DNA of 61,491 nucleotides from Candidatus Falkowbacteria bacterium UBA2355 (GCA_002344425.1 DDTV01000037.1:1-61491), one strand, 5' to 3'. Positions 16,721-27,745 are shown, numbered from the stretch's first letter. Translations and numbers: made by a program. The notes: generated by a model from the sequence alone, not told the origin.

Positions 16721-19222
16721 ATGGCCAAAGAAAAACCCAAAGCAAGCAAGGAACCGGAAGAAATCGTAACTGACAACAACCTCGGTACGGTTGAAGCCCA
16801 ACCGATTGTTGAAGAAATGCGCCGTTCCTATCTCGATTACGCCATGAGCGTAATAGTTGCGCGCGCCCTGCCTGATGTTCGTGACGGCTTGAAGCCGGTA
16901 CACCGCCGTATTCTTTACGCGATGTGGAGTCTTGGTTTGCGTCCGGGCGCCAAGTTCCGCAAGTCGGCGACGGTCGTCGGTGAAGTGCTTGGTAAATACC
17001 ATCCGCACGGCGACAGCGCGGTTTATGATTCGATGGTCCGCATGGTTCAAGATTTTTCTTTGCGTTATCCCTTGGTTCGCGGACAGGGTAACTTCGGATC
17101 GATGGACGGCGACAATGCCGCCGCTATGCGTTATACCGAAGCCAAGCTCGCGCCGATTTCCGAGGAACTTTTATCTGATATTGAAAAGAAGACAGTTGAT
17201 TTTATTCCGAACTTCGACGGCTCGCAACAAGAGCCGCGCGTTTTGCCGGCTCGTTTGCCAAACCTTTTATTGAATGGCTCGATGGGCATTGCCGTCGGTA
17301 TGGCAACTAATATTCCGCCGCATAACTTGCGCGAAGTTTCTGCCGCCATTGTCCATTTGATTGAACACCCGGAAGCGACGGTTGAAGATCTTGGCAACTT
17401 TGTCAAAGGTCCGGATTTTCCGACCGGCGGCATTATTTACGATCGCTCGGAAATCATGCGCGCTTACGCGACGGGCAAGGGCGGAGTTGTTATGCGCGGA
17501 GTTGCCGAAGTCGTTGAAACTAAACAGGGCGGATACTCGATCGTTATAACGGAAATTCCTTTTCAGGTTAATAAGGCCGCGCTTGTCGAGAAGATTGCGG
17601 ATTTGGTACGCGAAAAGAAGATAGAAGGCATTCGCGACTTGCGCGATGAGTCCGATAAGGACGGAGTTCGCGTTGTTATTGAATTGAAAAAAGACGCCTT
17701 CCCGAAAAAGATTTTGAACAGCCTCTACAAGCAGACCCAATTGCAGGAGACCTTCCATATGAATATGTTGGCTTTGGTCGACGGTATTCAGCCGAAGGTG
17801 CTTAACTTGAAATCCTTCTTAGAGGAATATATTAAGCATCGCGATGAAGTCGTCCGACGCCGTACCGAATTCGAATTGGAGAAAGCTCGCGATCGGGCGC
17901 ATATCTTAGAGGGCTTAATGATCGCTCTGAACAATATCGACGCCGTTATTAAAACCATCAAAGCCTCCAAGGACAGAGAAGAAGCCAAACTTAATTTGAT
18001 GAAGAAATTCAAATTAAGCGATCGCCAAGCTTTTGCAATCGTCGAAATGAAACTCGGTTCTTTGGTCAATTTGGAGCGCCTTAATATTGAAAACGAATTG
18101 AAAGAAAAACGCGCCTTAATCAAAGAGCTGGAAAGCATTCTGAAATCAAAGGCCAAATTGCTCGGCATTATCAAACAGGAATTGATAGAGCTGACTGAAA
18201 AATTCGGCGACGATCGCCGTACGGCCATTGTCGAGCATGGCATCAAAGATTTTTCAGTTGAAGATTTGGTTCCTAATGAAGACTCGATGGTCATGATGAC
18301 ACGCGACGGTTATATCAAGCGCATTCCGCCGGATACCTTCAAAGTTCAGGCGCGAGGCGGCAAGGGAGTTATCGGTCTGACCACCAAAGAAGAAGATATG
18401 GTCGAGTTCTTGTTTACGACCATGACTCATAATGATATCCTCTTCTTTACAACCAAGGGACGCGTCTTTCAGCTCAAGGCCTATGAAATTCCGGCCGCGC
18501 AAAGAACAGCCAAGGGTCAAGCCATTGTCAATTTCTTGCAATTGCCTTCTGATGAAAAAGTCACCTCCGTACTGCCTTTAGACAAAATTTCCAAGAGCGC
18601 CTTTTTGTTCTTTGCCACCGAACGCGGCGTTGTTAAAAAGGTTCCTTTGGAAGAATTTTCCAAAGTACGCCGCTCCGGCTTGATTGCTATTAAAATGCGT
18701 CCGGAAGATAAGCTTATTTGGGCAAAGCCGACCGGCGGCAAAGATGAAATTCAATTAATCACCGCAAAGGGACAAGCGATTCGCTTTAAAGAAAGCGATG
18801 TTCGGCCAATGGGCCGTAACGCTTCCGGCGTTTGGGGTATTAGATTGAAGAAAGGCGATAGCGTTGTCGGTATGGGAGTAATTTCTGATGACAAAGAGAA
18901 ATTAAAGAAATTGCAGGTTTTGTCAGTTATGGCCAATGGCTATGGCAAGCGAACGCCATTGAATCTGTATAAGGTTCAGGGCCGCGGCGGATCAGGCATC
19001 AAGACCGCCAAGGTAACCGATAAAACCGGCGATTTGACCAACGCCTTTGTCGTCAATACCGAAGCAATGAATGACCGCGATATGATGATTATTTCAACCA
19101 AGGGTCAGGTTATTAGATTGCCCTTTAAATCCGTTAACGAACTGGGCAGAGACACGCAGGGTGTTCGATTGATGCGTTTTAAAGAGGCCGGCGATATTGT
19201 CGCTTGCGTTACCTGGATATAA
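16721..19222 (+). CDS. gyrA: DNA gyrase subunit A
   Basis: [32 protein letters not shown] catalytic Tyr, GyrA-box QARGGKG. Confidence 0.97.
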   Translation: MAKEKPKASKEPEEIVTDNNLGTVEAQPIVEEMRRSYLDYAMSVIVARALPDVRDGLKPVHRRILYAMWSLGLRPGAKFRKSATVVGEVLGKYHPHGDSAVYDSMVRMVQDFSLRYPLVRGQGNFGSMDGDNAAAMRYTEAKLAPISEELLSDIEKKTVDFIPNFDGSQQEPRVLPARLPNLLLNGSMGIAVGMATNIPPHNLREVSAAIVHLIEHPEATVEDLGNFVKGPDFPTGGIIYDRSEIMRAYATGKGGVVMRGVAEVVETKQGGYSIVITEIPFQVNKAALVEKIADLVREKKIEGIRDLRDESDKDGVRVVIELKKDAFPKKILNSLYKQTQLQETFHMNMLALVDGIQPKVLNLKSFLEEYIKHRDEVVRRRTEFELEKARDRAHILEGLMIALNNIDAVIKTIKASKDREEAKLNLMKKFKLSDRQAFAIVEMKLGSLVNLERLNIENELKEKRALIKELESILKSKAKLLGIIKQELIELTEKFGDDRRTAIVEHGIKDFSVEDLVPNEDSMVMMTRDGYIKRIPPDTFKVQARGGKGVIGLTTKEEDMVEFLFTTMTHNDILFFTTKGRVFQLKAYEIPAAQRTAKGQAIVNFLQLPSDEKVTSVLPLDKISKSAFLFFATERGVVKKVPLEEFSKVRRSGLIAIKMRPEDKLIWAKPTGGKDEIQLITAKGQAIRFKESDVRPMGRNASGVWGIRLKKGDSVVGMGVISDDKEKLKKLQVLSVMANGYGKRTPLNLYKVQGRGGSGIKTAKVTDKTGDLTNAFVVNTEAMNDRDMMIISTKGQVIRLPFKSVNELGRDTQGVRLMRFKEAGDIVACVTWI

Positions 19223-19262
19223 TCTTTATAATGACACTAAGTTAATTATTAATCCCCATCAT

Positions 19263-20309
19263 ATGGAACACGAAACCACGACCAGCCGCCAAGCCAAGAG
19301 GCTGGATGGCAAATCAAATTTGATGATCGCGCTCGGCGCGGTAGTCGTTATTTTAGCTGTTGTAGCCGTTGCCAACTTCGGCGGCGATATCTTCAAAGGC
19401 GCTAAGAATATTTCGCCTGATGAAGCCAAGGCAAGAGCTGAAAATTTTATAAATACTAATTTGGTAGCCGCCGGTACGACCGCGACAGTTACCTCGGTAA
19501 CGGATTACAGCAAAGCGCTGTATAAGTTGGCCGTTAAGGTCGGCGATAATGAGATTGAATCTTTTATCTCCAAAGACGGTAAACAGTTTTTCCCGCAGGC
19601 TATGGATATAGACGCGGTCGCCAATGGAACTGCCACAGGAACGGATACTGCCGCGGCCAGTGCGCCGGTTATTCCGGCTGACTTGCCGAAGACCAAGAAA
19701 CCGGTGGTCGAAATGTTTGTTATGAGCGAATGCCCTTACGGCTTGCAGATGCAGAAGGGTATGTTGCCGGTTATGCAAACTTTGGGCGATAAGGCCGATA
19801 TTCAAGTTAAGTTTGTAAACTACGCCATGCATGGCAAAAAAGAAGTTGATGAACAGTTGCGCCAATACTGCATTAATAAAGAAGAGGATTCCAAATTAAT
19901 TTCTTACCTGACCTGCTATTCCAAGAGCGGCAACGCGACGGCTTGCGGTACAGAGGCCAGTATTAATGAATCCAAAATTTCCAGCTGTATAGCCAAGGCT
20001 GATAAAGAATTCAAGATTACCGAAAGCTATAATGATAAGAGCACTTGGAACGGCAGTTTCCCGAAGTTTGCCATTCATGATGCTGAAAATACCAAATATG
20101 GCGTCCAAGGTTCTCCGACCTTGGTCATTAATGGGAAGGAAGTTCAATCCAATCGCGATTCAGCTTCATTGCTAGCAACGATTTGCGCCGCCTTTGAGGA
20201 CGCTCCGGAAGAATGCTCAGCGACGCTTGATGCCGCGACTCCGGCGCCTGGCTTTGGCACTGGTACGGCCGCGGCCGGCAATGCCGCCGAATGCGCTCCA
20301 GCGACCTAG
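19263..20309 (+). CDS. Membrane-anchored thioredoxin/DsbA-fold protein
   Basis: Start at ATG 19263; TM anchor; FVMSECPYG and GVQGSPTLVING cis-Pro motifs. Confidence 0.75.
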   Translation: MEHETTTSRQAKRLDGKSNLMIALGAVVVILAVVAVANFGGDIFKGAKNISPDEAKARAENFINTNLVAAGTTATVTSVTDYSKALYKLAVKVGDNEIESFISKDGKQFFPQAMDIDAVANGTATGTDTAAASAPVIPADLPKTKKPVVEMFVMSECPYGLQMQKGMLPVMQTLGDKADIQVKFVNYAMHGKKEVDEQLRQYCINKEEDSKLISYLTCYSKSGNATACGTEASINESKISSCIAKADKEFKITESYNDKSTWNGSFPKFAIHDAENTKYGVQGSPTLVINGKEVQSNRDSASLLATICAAFEDAPEECSATLDAATPAPGFGTGTAAAGNAAECAPAT

Positions 20310-20330
20310 ACTGCTGACAATTACGAAAAG

Positions 20331-20363
20331 AAAAAAGACCGTGATTATTTCTCGGTCTTTTTT
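20331..20363. terminator. Bidirectional terminator
   Basis: AAAAAAGACCG...CGGTCTTTTTT between convergent genes. Confidence 0.75.
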
Positions 20364-20381
20364 ATTAAAATTGTTTTAGCT

Positions 20382-20714
20382 TTAACTAAAGCTATGACCA
20401 ACTTCGCTTAATTGAAGCCAGGCTTCAACTTTCTTTACGCTCAGGATATCTTTTATGCGCTGAGCGATATTCGCAGCAAGCTTGTCGGAACTCTCTAATC
20501 TTTCCGAGTAATGATGAGCCTTGATGCTTAACTCGATTGGAGCTATCATATCGCCTCCATCAATTTTAAAACTACGTACTGTGATTTCATGCGCTTCGAG
20601 CTTTCTATCAGAGCAAGAAAGTTCTTCGGCTAAGTATTTTTTAATCGTATCTATATGACCATTGATTCTGCCAAGGTACGATCCGTCATCAACATAAAAA
20701 TTAACTTCTGGCAT
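20382..20714 (-). CDS. Hypothetical protein, possibly tautomerase/MIF-fold (N-terminal Pro)
   Basis: Start re-called at ATG 20714 with SD GGGAGGT; MPEVNFYV start, 110 aa with a beta-alpha-beta pattern. Confidence 0.6.
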   Translation of the reverse strand: MPEVNFYVDDGSYLGRINGHIDTIKKYLAEELSCSDRKLEAHEITVRSFKIDGGDMIAPIELSIKAHHYSERLESSDKLAANIAQRIKDILSVKKVEAWLQLSEVGHSFS

Positions 20715-20716
20715 GT

Positions 20717-21253
20717 TTACCTCCCTTCTGTTTTTATTATTGTTCGTACAAGTAAGCCAAGAGTCATTGCTCCAATAAGGATTACAGCCGGCTGCCAGTA
20801 GAGTGTATTTAAGGTGCTGATTAAAAAAGACATTATGAAAAAGATAAATATTGAAGATAAGAATATCCCGAAACCACGATCTTTTTGGATTAGGTTTATG
20901 CAAAAAATCATAACCATGAAAATATACATCACGCATGAAAGCTCAGTTAAATCTTTTACCACAGATTCTCTCCTTGGCTTGCCAATAATGAGTTCATTAT
21001 TTTGAATTATTAAATCCGCTTTGTAATAAAATATTTCAGCCTTAATAATTGGAAGCCAGCTTAAAATTGATTTCCCATTGTTTTGATCCGGTATTACTTT
21101 GGGCACAGAGTCGCCCAATAACAATTTTTTGACCTCTGCTTGACTTAATCCTTCAAGGTCAAAACGGAGTCCTTGTGGTTTATCTTTCTCTTTCAAGCAG
21201 CCAGAGGCGCAGAAAGATATGACTGCTATTAATATTATAATTAAGTTTTTCAA
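20717..21253 (-). CDS. Hypothetical lipoprotein-like membrane protein
   Basis: TTG start at 21253 after AAGGAAGGTG; ASGC lipobox-like motif; about three C-terminal TM helices. Confidence 0.6.
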   Translation of the reverse strand: MKNLIIILIAVISFCASGCLKEKDKPQGLRFDLEGLSQAEVKKLLLGDSVPKVIPDQNNGKSILSWLPIIKAEIFYYKADLIIQNNELIIGKPRRESVVKDLTELSCVMYIFMVMIFCINLIQKDRGFGIFLSSIFIFFIMSFLISTLNTLYWQPAVILIGAMTLGLLVRTIIKTEGR

Positions 21254-21306
21254 TGAACACCTTCCTTTTGAACCATTAGTTAAAAAAATTTTTATTTTGA
21301 TTATAG

Positions 21307-21335
21307 ATAATACCATATACTATGCATAATGTCAA
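21307..21335 (-). promoter_or_regulatory. Sigma70-type promoter of the two-gene AT-rich islet
   Basis: Minus strand TTGACA-17 nt-TATTAT with TGn extension. Confidence 0.65.
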
Positions 21336-21410
21336 CACTAATATGTTTTATTTGGATGCTTGCTTTTTTTAAGGATTTATGATAAAAATAGTGAGCAATA
21401 AAATCGAATA

Positions 21411-21480
21411 CCGCCTTTAACTAAATCTGTAGGTACGGCGGCTACAGAACCATCCTTGGCTCTGGCGAGCTATTGATGGC
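21411..21480 (+). promoter_or_regulatory. Candidate structured rpsA leader (pseudoknot plus hairpin)
   Basis: TCTGTAG/CTACAGA stem whose loop GGCGG complements upstream CCGCC; second hairpin CCATC..TGGCTC-tggc-GAGCTA..GATGG. Confidence 0.5.
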
Positions 21481-21499
21481 TAAATGCTTCTTTTTTATT

Positions 21500-22681
21500 A
21501 TGTCAGACGAAAAAAATCTCAATCAAAGCGAGTTCGCTACCTTGGTTAAAGATGATGAATTTAAAATTCCTCAGGTCGGCGATACTATTTCGGGCAAGGT
21601 AATTGCATCTTCAAAAGCCGAAGTGCGCCTTGATATCGGCGGCCGTTTAATCGGCGTCGTGCGCGGCCGCGAATTATATTTCGAAGCCGGCGAATATTCC
21701 GGTTTGAAAATCGGCGATACAGTCGAGGCGACGGTTGTCGATGTTGAAAATGAAAACGGTGAATTGGAACTTTCTTTCCGCCATGCCGGCGAAGAAAAGA
21801 CTTGGGTTGATCTTGAAGAGGCCTTTGCCAAAAAGAGCCCGATCATGGTTCGCATTAACGCCGCCAACCGCGGCGGACTCTTGGTCAGCTACGCTCAAAT
21901 CCCGGCCTTCTTGCCGGTTTCGCAGTTGTCTCCTGAAAACTATCCGCGCGTCTCGGGCGGTGACAAAGCCAAGATTTTAGAAAAATTAAAATCATTGGTC
22001 GGTACTGAAACCGAAGTAAAAATCATCACCTTTGATAAGAAGGATGCTAAGCTCGTTGTCTCTGAAAAAGACGCTTGGCAGGAAAAACAGAAAGACGTTA
22101 TTTCTCAGTTCAAAGTTGGCGATACGGTTGAAGGCCGCATCATCGCAGTTACTAGCTTCGGCGTCTTTGTTAATTTCTCGGGCAACCTCGAAGGCTTGAT
22201 CCATATTTCCGAATTGGCTTGGCAGCGCATTGAAGATCCCAATGAAGCTTATAAAGTTGGCGATATGATTAAAGCGCAGATCATTACGATTGAAGGCGCT
22301 AAAATTTTCCTCTCAGCCAAACGGCTATTGCCGGATCCATGGGCGGGCGTAGAGAAAAAATACGTTGTCGGACAAACCGTTAAGGGAACCATCTTGAAAA
22401 TCAACCCCTTTGGTTTGTTTGTTGAACTTGACTCCGATATTCATGGTTTGGCTCACGTCTCGCAGTTGGGTGTTAATACCGGCGAAAAAATAGAAGATGT
22501 CTTTAAGATTGGCGAGACGCTTGATTTCACCATCATTTCGCTTGATCCGGTTGAACACCGTCTCGGACTTGCCATCCCCGGCAAGGTTAAGGACAAAAAG
22601 GCCAGTAAGAGCAAGTCGAAAAGCAAAGAAGACAAGGAAAAGAAAGACGAAGCGACAGAAGAAAAATCCGAAGAAGCTTAA
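21500..22681 (+). CDS. rpsA: 30S ribosomal protein S1 (four S1 domains)
   Basis: Start at ATG 21500; repeated S1 motifs (AFLPVSQL, FGVFV...EGLIHISEL, FGLFVEL...HGLAHVSQL); charged tail. Confidence 0.9.
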   Translation: MSDEKNLNQSEFATLVKDDEFKIPQVGDTISGKVIASSKAEVRLDIGGRLIGVVRGRELYFEAGEYSGLKIGDTVEATVVDVENENGELELSFRHAGEEKTWVDLEEAFAKKSPIMVRINAANRGGLLVSYAQIPAFLPVSQLSPENYPRVSGGDKAKILEKLKSLVGTETEVKIITFDKKDAKLVVSEKDAWQEKQKDVISQFKVGDTVEGRIIAVTSFGVFVNFSGNLEGLIHISELAWQRIEDPNEAYKVGDMIKAQIITIEGAKIFLSAKRLLPDPWAGVEKKYVVGQTVKGTILKINPFGLFVELDSDIHGLAHVSQLGVNTGEKIEDVFKIGETLDFTIISLDPVEHRLGLAIPGKVKDKKASKSKSKSKEDKEKKDEATEEKSEEA

Positions 22682-22699
22682 TCTTTAATGAGATTCCTT

Positions 22700-22732
22700 A
22701 GCAGAGGTCTGCCCATGGCAGACCTCTGCTTT
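22700..22732 (+). terminator. Intrinsic terminator after rpsA
   Basis: AGCAGAGGTCTGCC-cat-GGCAGACCTCTGCT perfect stem followed by T-rich sequence. Confidence 0.8.
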
Positions 22733-22778
22733 ATTATGGTATAATTACAATAATAAATAATTATTTAATCTCATTAAT

Positions 22779-22991
22779 ATGGCAAATCTTTTAGACATGG
22801 CGCGTCGTAAGCTTTCGGATTTACAGCGCGTTTTCGTTGTCAACGGCATTATCATGCTGGTTTTGGCAATTTTGATTGTTTGGACAGATGTTGTTTTGCG
22901 GCTCTTGGTCGGCTTGGTAATTTTGTTGATTGCTTACAGCCTTTTTTACGTTGCCTACAAAGTCCACGCCGTCCGCAAGTTTCTTGACTAA
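22779..22991 (+). CDS. Small two-TM membrane protein
   Basis: 70-aa ORF with two hydrophobic helices; TGGTATAAT upstream. Confidence 0.7.
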   Translation: MANLLDMARRKLSDLQRVFVVNGIIMLVLAILIVWTDVVLRLLVGLVILLIAYSLFYVAYKVHAVRKFLD

Positions 22992-23021
22992 GAGCGTCAG
23001 GCGTAGTACACTGCCTTCGAT

Positions 23022-24836
23022 ATGAAAAATTTGCTACGCAACCTATTTGTCATGCTGGTAGCGTTCCTCTTGCTTGGAACGCTGCTTTCGCTTTGGGGAA
23101 ATACCAAATCAAAACCGGAAGAAATCGCCTTTGCTCAGTTGGCCGCCCAGGCTCAATCAGATTCGATTGAAAAAATCAGCGTTGTCAAAGATCGTCTGGA
23201 AGTAACTCTCAAAGACGGCCGAAAGCAAGTCGCCATCAAAGAAAGCGGCCAGCCCCTAACCGAGCTCTTAAGCAGTCTCGGTGTCAGTTCGGAAAAAATC
23301 AGCGCTATTCAAATCAGTGTTGATGAACCGTCGGGCTTTGAAGCTATTTTGTCCGTCGTCTTGCCAATCTTACTGCCGGTACTACTGCTTATCGTTGTGA
23401 TTTATTTTATGATGCGTTCGGCGCAAGGCGCTAATAACCGTGCTTTGAGTTTTGGCCAATCACAGCCTCGCGAAGCCAATCTCGGCGGCAAGGACAAGGT
23501 CAGTTTCAGCGACGTGGCAGGAGTTAAGGAAGCCAAAGAAGAGTTGAGCGAAGTGGTTGAGTTTTTACGCGAACCGCAGAAGTTTACCGCTCTAGGCGCT
23601 AAAATTCCCCGCGGCGTTTTATTGCTCGGTTCACCGGGTACGGGTAAAACTTTATTGGCCCGCGCCGTAGCCGGCGAAGCCAATGTTCCATTTTTTAGCA
23701 TCTCCGGATCCGAATTCGTTGAAATGTTCGTTGGTGTCGGCGCTTCGCGAGTACGCGATTTGTTCAAGCGCGCAAAAAAGAGCGCTCCCTGCATTATTTT
23801 CATAGATGAAATTGATGCAGTCGGACGCCGGCGCGGCGCCGGTCTAGGCGGCTCGCATGATGAACGCGAACAAACTTTGAATCAAATCTTGGTTGAGATG
23901 GACGGCTTTGAAGTTAATGACGGCGTCATTGTTATGGCCGCGACCAACCGGCCGGACGTTCTTGATCCGGCTTTGATGCGACCCGGCCGCTTTGACCGCC
24001 AAGTAGTTTTGGATGAACCTGATATTGCCGATCGCGAAGCAATTTTAGAAATCCACGCGCGCAAAAAGCCTTTGGCTAAAGATGTTGTTTTGCGTAAAAT
24101 CGCCGAAAGAACTCCTGGTTTTTCCGGAGCCGATTTGGCCAATGTTTTAAATGAGGGTGCCATTTTGGCGGCTCGCCACAATAAAAAAATCATTGATATG
24201 ATTGAGTTGATGGAAGCGATTGAAAAGGTTATGCTTGGTCCTGAGCGCAAGTCGCGCATTCTGACTCCGAAAGAAAAAGAAGTAACGGCCTATCACGAAG
24301 CGGGCCATGCCGTTCTGGCTCACTTTTTGCCCAATGCTGATCCGGTCCATAAAGTTTCAATTATTTCGCGCGGTCGTGCCGGCGGCTATACTTTGAAATT
24401 GCCTAGCGAGGATCGTCATTTGCAGACAAAAGAATACTTCCTTGATGAAATCGCCGTTCTGTTGGGCGGGTATTTGGCGGAAAGTATGATTTTCGGCGAC
24501 GTGACTACGGGCGCGACTTCTGATTTGCGCCGAGCTACGGCCTTGGCGCGTCGGTTGGTAACTGATTTCGGCATGTCTGATAAACTTGGTCCCCGCACTT
24601 ACGGAGAAAAGGAAGAAATGATTTTCTTGGGCCGGGAAATACATGAACAAAGAGATTATAGTGAAAAAGCCGCTGAGGCAATCGACGCCGAAATTACCGG
24701 CTTTATAAGCGAAGGCCGGCGCCGCGCCGAATTGATCCTTAAGCAACATAAAGCCGAATTGGAAAAGACCGCGCAACTCTTATTAAAGCAGGAAACTATT
24801 GAACAAGAAGAGTTCAGCCAGCTCATGTCCGCCTAA
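23022..24836 (+). CDS. ftsH: ATP-dependent zinc metalloprotease FtsH
   Basis: Two TMs, [30 protein letters not shown]. Confidence 0.97.
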   Translation: MKNLLRNLFVMLVAFLLLGTLLSLWGNTKSKPEEIAFAQLAAQAQSDSIEKISVVKDRLEVTLKDGRKQVAIKESGQPLTELLSSLGVSSEKISAIQISVDEPSGFEAILSVVLPILLPVLLLIVVIYFMMRSAQGANNRALSFGQSQPREANLGGKDKVSFSDVAGVKEAKEELSEVVEFLREPQKFTALGAKIPRGVLLLGSPGTGKTLLARAVAGEANVPFFSISGSEFVEMFVGVGASRVRDLFKRAKKSAPCIIFIDEIDAVGRRRGAGLGGSHDEREQTLNQILVEMDGFEVNDGVIVMAATNRPDVLDPALMRPGRFDRQVVLDEPDIADREAILEIHARKKPLAKDVVLRKIAERTPGFSGADLANVLNEGAILAARHNKKIIDMIELMEAIEKVMLGPERKSRILTPKEKEVTAYHEAGHAVLAHFLPNADPVHKVSIISRGRAGGYTLKLPSEDRHLQTKEYFLDEIAVLLGGYLAESMIFGDVTTGATSDLRRATALARRLVTDFGMSDKLGPRTYGEKEEMIFLGREIHEQRDYSEKAAEAIDAEITGFISEGRRRAELILKQHKAELEKTAQLLLKQETIEQEEFSQLMSA

Positions 24837-24860
24837 AGCCTCCCGCTGGGAGGCTTTTTT
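24835..24860 (+). terminator. Intrinsic terminator after ftsH
   Basis: AAAGCCTCCC-gct-GGGAGGCTTTTTT. Confidence 0.8.
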
Positions 24861-24898
24861 GTGGTATAATGTAGGCAGAATATTTTAACCAATTGCCT

Positions 24899-25903
24899 AT
24901 GTCATTATATCGTTCAATAGTCCGGCAATCATTTATCATTGCTTGGAAACACAAATACTTGTGGGTTTTCGGTTTGTTTGCGACTTTGTTGGCCAGTAAT
25001 TTTGAAATTGAACTTATTAATCGTTTTACCAACCGCCAAGGCGCAACCCTTTATGATTGGGAACGCTGGGCTCAAACCGGAATATTCAGTCCGCGCGCCT
25101 GGGGCAATATGTTGGAATTGCTAAAGACCGATACCGGCTCCACGATTTCCTTATTGGTCGTATTGTTGGTTTTAGTCGCCTTATTTATAGCTTTGCTTTG
25201 GTTGTCGGTGGTTTCTCAGGGAGCCTTGGTCAACAATGCTCAAAAAGCTTTGGCCAATGGATCGCGTTTGCCCTCGGCTACCGAACGAAAGCACGATACC
25301 TCGACCGGCTTTAAAGAAGGCCGCAAACATTTTTGGCAATTGCTCGGAGTTAATGTTATTGTGCGGGCCTTGGTTTATCTCTTGGCCTTAGTGACGATTG
25401 CTCCAATCGCTACTCCAGGAAATCTGAGCGTCGCGATGTCTTTGCTTTATTTCATTATATTTATTGTTCTATTAGCGGTTGCTTTGACATTGGCTTTTAT
25501 TACCAAATACGCCATCGCCTTCATAGTTTTAAAGAATCACTCTATGGGGTCATCAATTGTCGCCGGCTGGAAGTTGTTCCGCGATAATTGGCTGGTCAGT
25601 CTTGAAATGACCTTTATACTCTTTGCTATCAGCATTATCGGTTCTTTGGCTATTATTTTAGCGGTTATGATTATGGCCATTCCGGTCGCCTTGTTGTATA
25701 TTTTGAGCGTTGTTTTTGGCTCTTTCCCGATCTTCCTGGCCGTACTCGTGCTCGGCGTCCTGATTTCGATTGCCGTTGTCGTTATCGGCGGTTCGATTTT
25801 AACAGTTGTTCAAACAACCGCTTGGGTATCACTCTTCACGCAGTTAATCGGCAATAAAGCGCCAAGCAGTAAGTTAGAACGGGTTTTCGGTAACATTATG
25901 TAA
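24899..25903 (+). CDS. Hypothetical polytopic membrane protein
   Basis: AWKHKYLWVFGLFA start region, several TMs, SIVAGWKLFRDNW; TGGTATAAT upstream at 24862-24870. Confidence 0.75.
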   Translation: MSLYRSIVRQSFIIAWKHKYLWVFGLFATLLASNFEIELINRFTNRQGATLYDWERWAQTGIFSPRAWGNMLELLKTDTGSTISLLVVLLVLVALFIALLWLSVVSQGALVNNAQKALANGSRLPSATERKHDTSTGFKEGRKHFWQLLGVNVIVRALVYLLALVTIAPIATPGNLSVAMSLLYFIIFIVLLAVALTLAFITKYAIAFIVLKNHSMGSSIVAGWKLFRDNWLVSLEMTFILFAISIIGSLAIILAVMIMAIPVALLYILSVVFGSFPIFLAVLVLGVLISIAVVVIGGSILTVVQTTAWVSLFTQLIGNKAPSSKLERVFGNIM

Positions 25904-25905
25904 AT

Positions 25906-25946
25906 AAAAAAAAGAAGGCGCATGCTAGAGCATGCGCCTTCTTTTT
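25906..25946. terminator. Bidirectional terminator
   Basis: AAAAAGAAGGCGCATGCT-ag-AGCATGCGCCTTCTTTTT. Confidence 0.85.
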
Positions 25947-25948
25947 AA

Positions 25949-27745
25949 TTACACTCTAATAACTACGGGCAATAACATCGGTTTGCGTTTAGTCTGCTGG
26001 AAAAGGAATTGGCCGATGTCGGTTCTAATTTTGTTTTTAACATAATCATCTTCGGTAACGCCGGGTTGGGGCATTGGCCGACCCTTGATAATCATCTTTA
26101 TTTTCTGTCGCGTCTTTTGGATTAAGTCTTGATTTTCTTTCATATGAACGAAGCCGCGGGAAATAATATCGGGTGAGCCGATTAAATCTCCGGTCTTAGA
26201 GTCGATGGTTGTAATAACGACGACCATTCCGTCTTCGGACATCATCTTGCGATCGCGCAGAACAACATCGTTGGAAGAATCAGTCACGCCCATGCCGTCA
26301 ACAAAAACGTAGTTGGCCGGAACCTTTTCTTTGGTTAATTGGCCGCCTTGGCGGTCAAAGGTAATAACCGAACCATTATCCGGAACAAAGATGCGCTTCG
26401 GATTAAAGCCTAGTCCCTGCGCCAATTTCTCAGCTTCTTTGAGCATGTAGTGATTGGCGTAAACCGGAATGTAATAATCCGGCTGAACGGTTTTCAACAT
26501 ATAGGCAATATCGTCTTTGGTGCCATGACCGGAAATGTGAATATCCATCAAATTGCCATGAATGACATTGTCGCATTGGCGATAAAGATTGTCCTTAAGA
26601 CGCTGAATTGTTCTTTCATTGCCCGGAATAACCGAGGAAGAGAAAATAATCGTATCGTTCTTTTTGATTTTGATATGTCGGTGACTGCCTTGGGTAATAC
26701 GGGTTAAGGCGGAATTTTCTTCGCCTTGCGCACCGGGGCAGATAACGACTACTTTATTTTCGGGGAAATTATGAATCTGATCGGCCTTAATAATCGTTTC
26801 TTTACGGCATTTTATATAACCCAATTCGCGGGCTATTTCAATATTGGTTTTCATACTATAGCCGTCAAGTGCCACTTTCTTACCGAGCATTTCGGCGATT
26901 TGAATAATCCAGCCAACCCGTTCGACTTGCGAAGAGAAGGTGCCAATAATAACTCGGCCCGGTGCCTTAGAAATTAAAGCAGTCAGGTTCTTTTTAAGCT
27001 CTTCTGAAGTTGGACTCGGTTTGTGCGAAACAACGCCGAGCGATTCGAGCATAAGAACGGTCGGGCGCGGTAGTTTTGCCAAATGTGAGTAATCGACCAG
27101 AGGACGTCCGTCCGGCGCGCGTTCCATAGTCCAGTCTCCCGGATGAATAACCGTGGCTTCAGGGGTTGATAGAATTACGCCAACCGCATCCATAATCGAG
27201 TGTTCGATTTGGAAGAAGCTGACCCTAAAAGAGCCGAGCACAATTCTATCATTCAAACTTTTAATCAAAATAGTCTTAAGTTTTTTTGAGCTGTTTGGCT
27301 TATAGTCTTCAACGCGGTGTTTGACCATAGCCAGGGTCAAATTACGGCCGACAATCGGCGGGTTGCCGAGTTTCTCAAGCAAGATCGGCGCGGCGCCGAT
27401 ATGGTCCAAGTGGCCGTGACTGAAGATAACGCCGCGGATATTCTTTTCTTTGCCTTTGAGATATTCAATATTAGGAATGATATAATCGATTCCCATCTGA
27501 TCCTCTTCTGGGAATTGCAATCCCATATCAAGGATGACGATATCGTTATTATGTTCGAAGATCGTCATATTGCGGCCGACTTCTTCGCAACCGCCAATTG
27601 GAATGATGCGCAATTTGTTGCGACTGTCGCCGAAATTTTTAACCGCTGGCGCGGCTGAAACCGGGCGCGGTCGAGCAGTCGGCGCGCCTTTGCCTTTGGG
27701 GCGACTGTAGCGCTGCTGCTTGGTATTCTTATATTTTGTGATCAT
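25949..27745 (-). CDS. rnj: Ribonuclease J
   Basis: PIGGCEEVGRNM, SHGHLDHIG, GAQGE, IPGNE, HISGH; beta-CASP architecture. Confidence 0.95.
   Translation of the reverse strand: MITKYKNTKQQRYSRPKGKGAPTARPRPVSAAPAVKNFGDSRNKLRIIPIGGCEEVGRNMTIFEHNNDIVILDMGLQFPEEDQMGIDYIIPNIEYLKGKEKNIRGVIFSHGHLDHIGAAPILLEKLGNPPIVGRNLTLAMVKHRVEDYKPNSSKKLKTILIKSLNDRIVLGSFRVSFFQIEHSIMDAVGVILSTPEATVIHPGDWTMERAPDGRPLVDYSHLAKLPRPTVLMLESLGVVSHKPSPTSEELKKNLTALISKAPGRVIIGTFSSQVERVGWIIQIAEMLGKKVALDGYSMKTNIEIARELGYIKCRKETIIKADQIHNFPENKVVVICPGAQGEENSALTRITQGSHRHIKIKKNDTIIFSSSVIPGNERTIQRLKDNLYRQCDNVIHGNLMDIHISGHGTKDDIAYMLKTVQPDYYIPVYANHYMLKEAEKLAQGLGFNPKRIFVPDNGSVITFDRQGGQLTKEKVPANYVFVDGMGVTDSSNDVVLRDRKMMSEDGMVVVITTIDSKTGDLIGSPDIISRGFVHMKENQDLIQKTRQKIKMIIKGRPMPQPGVTEDDYVKNKIRTDIGQFLFQQTKRKPMLLPVVIRV

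Noticed and set aside
16721-19222. Lone gyrA as ParC or as a sign of rearrangement
   Set aside because: The GyrA-box is intact, and separation from gyrB is common.
20715-20936. Long N-terminal version of the 20382 ORF
   Set aside because: It overlaps the upstream gene in another frame; a strong SD marks ATG 20714.
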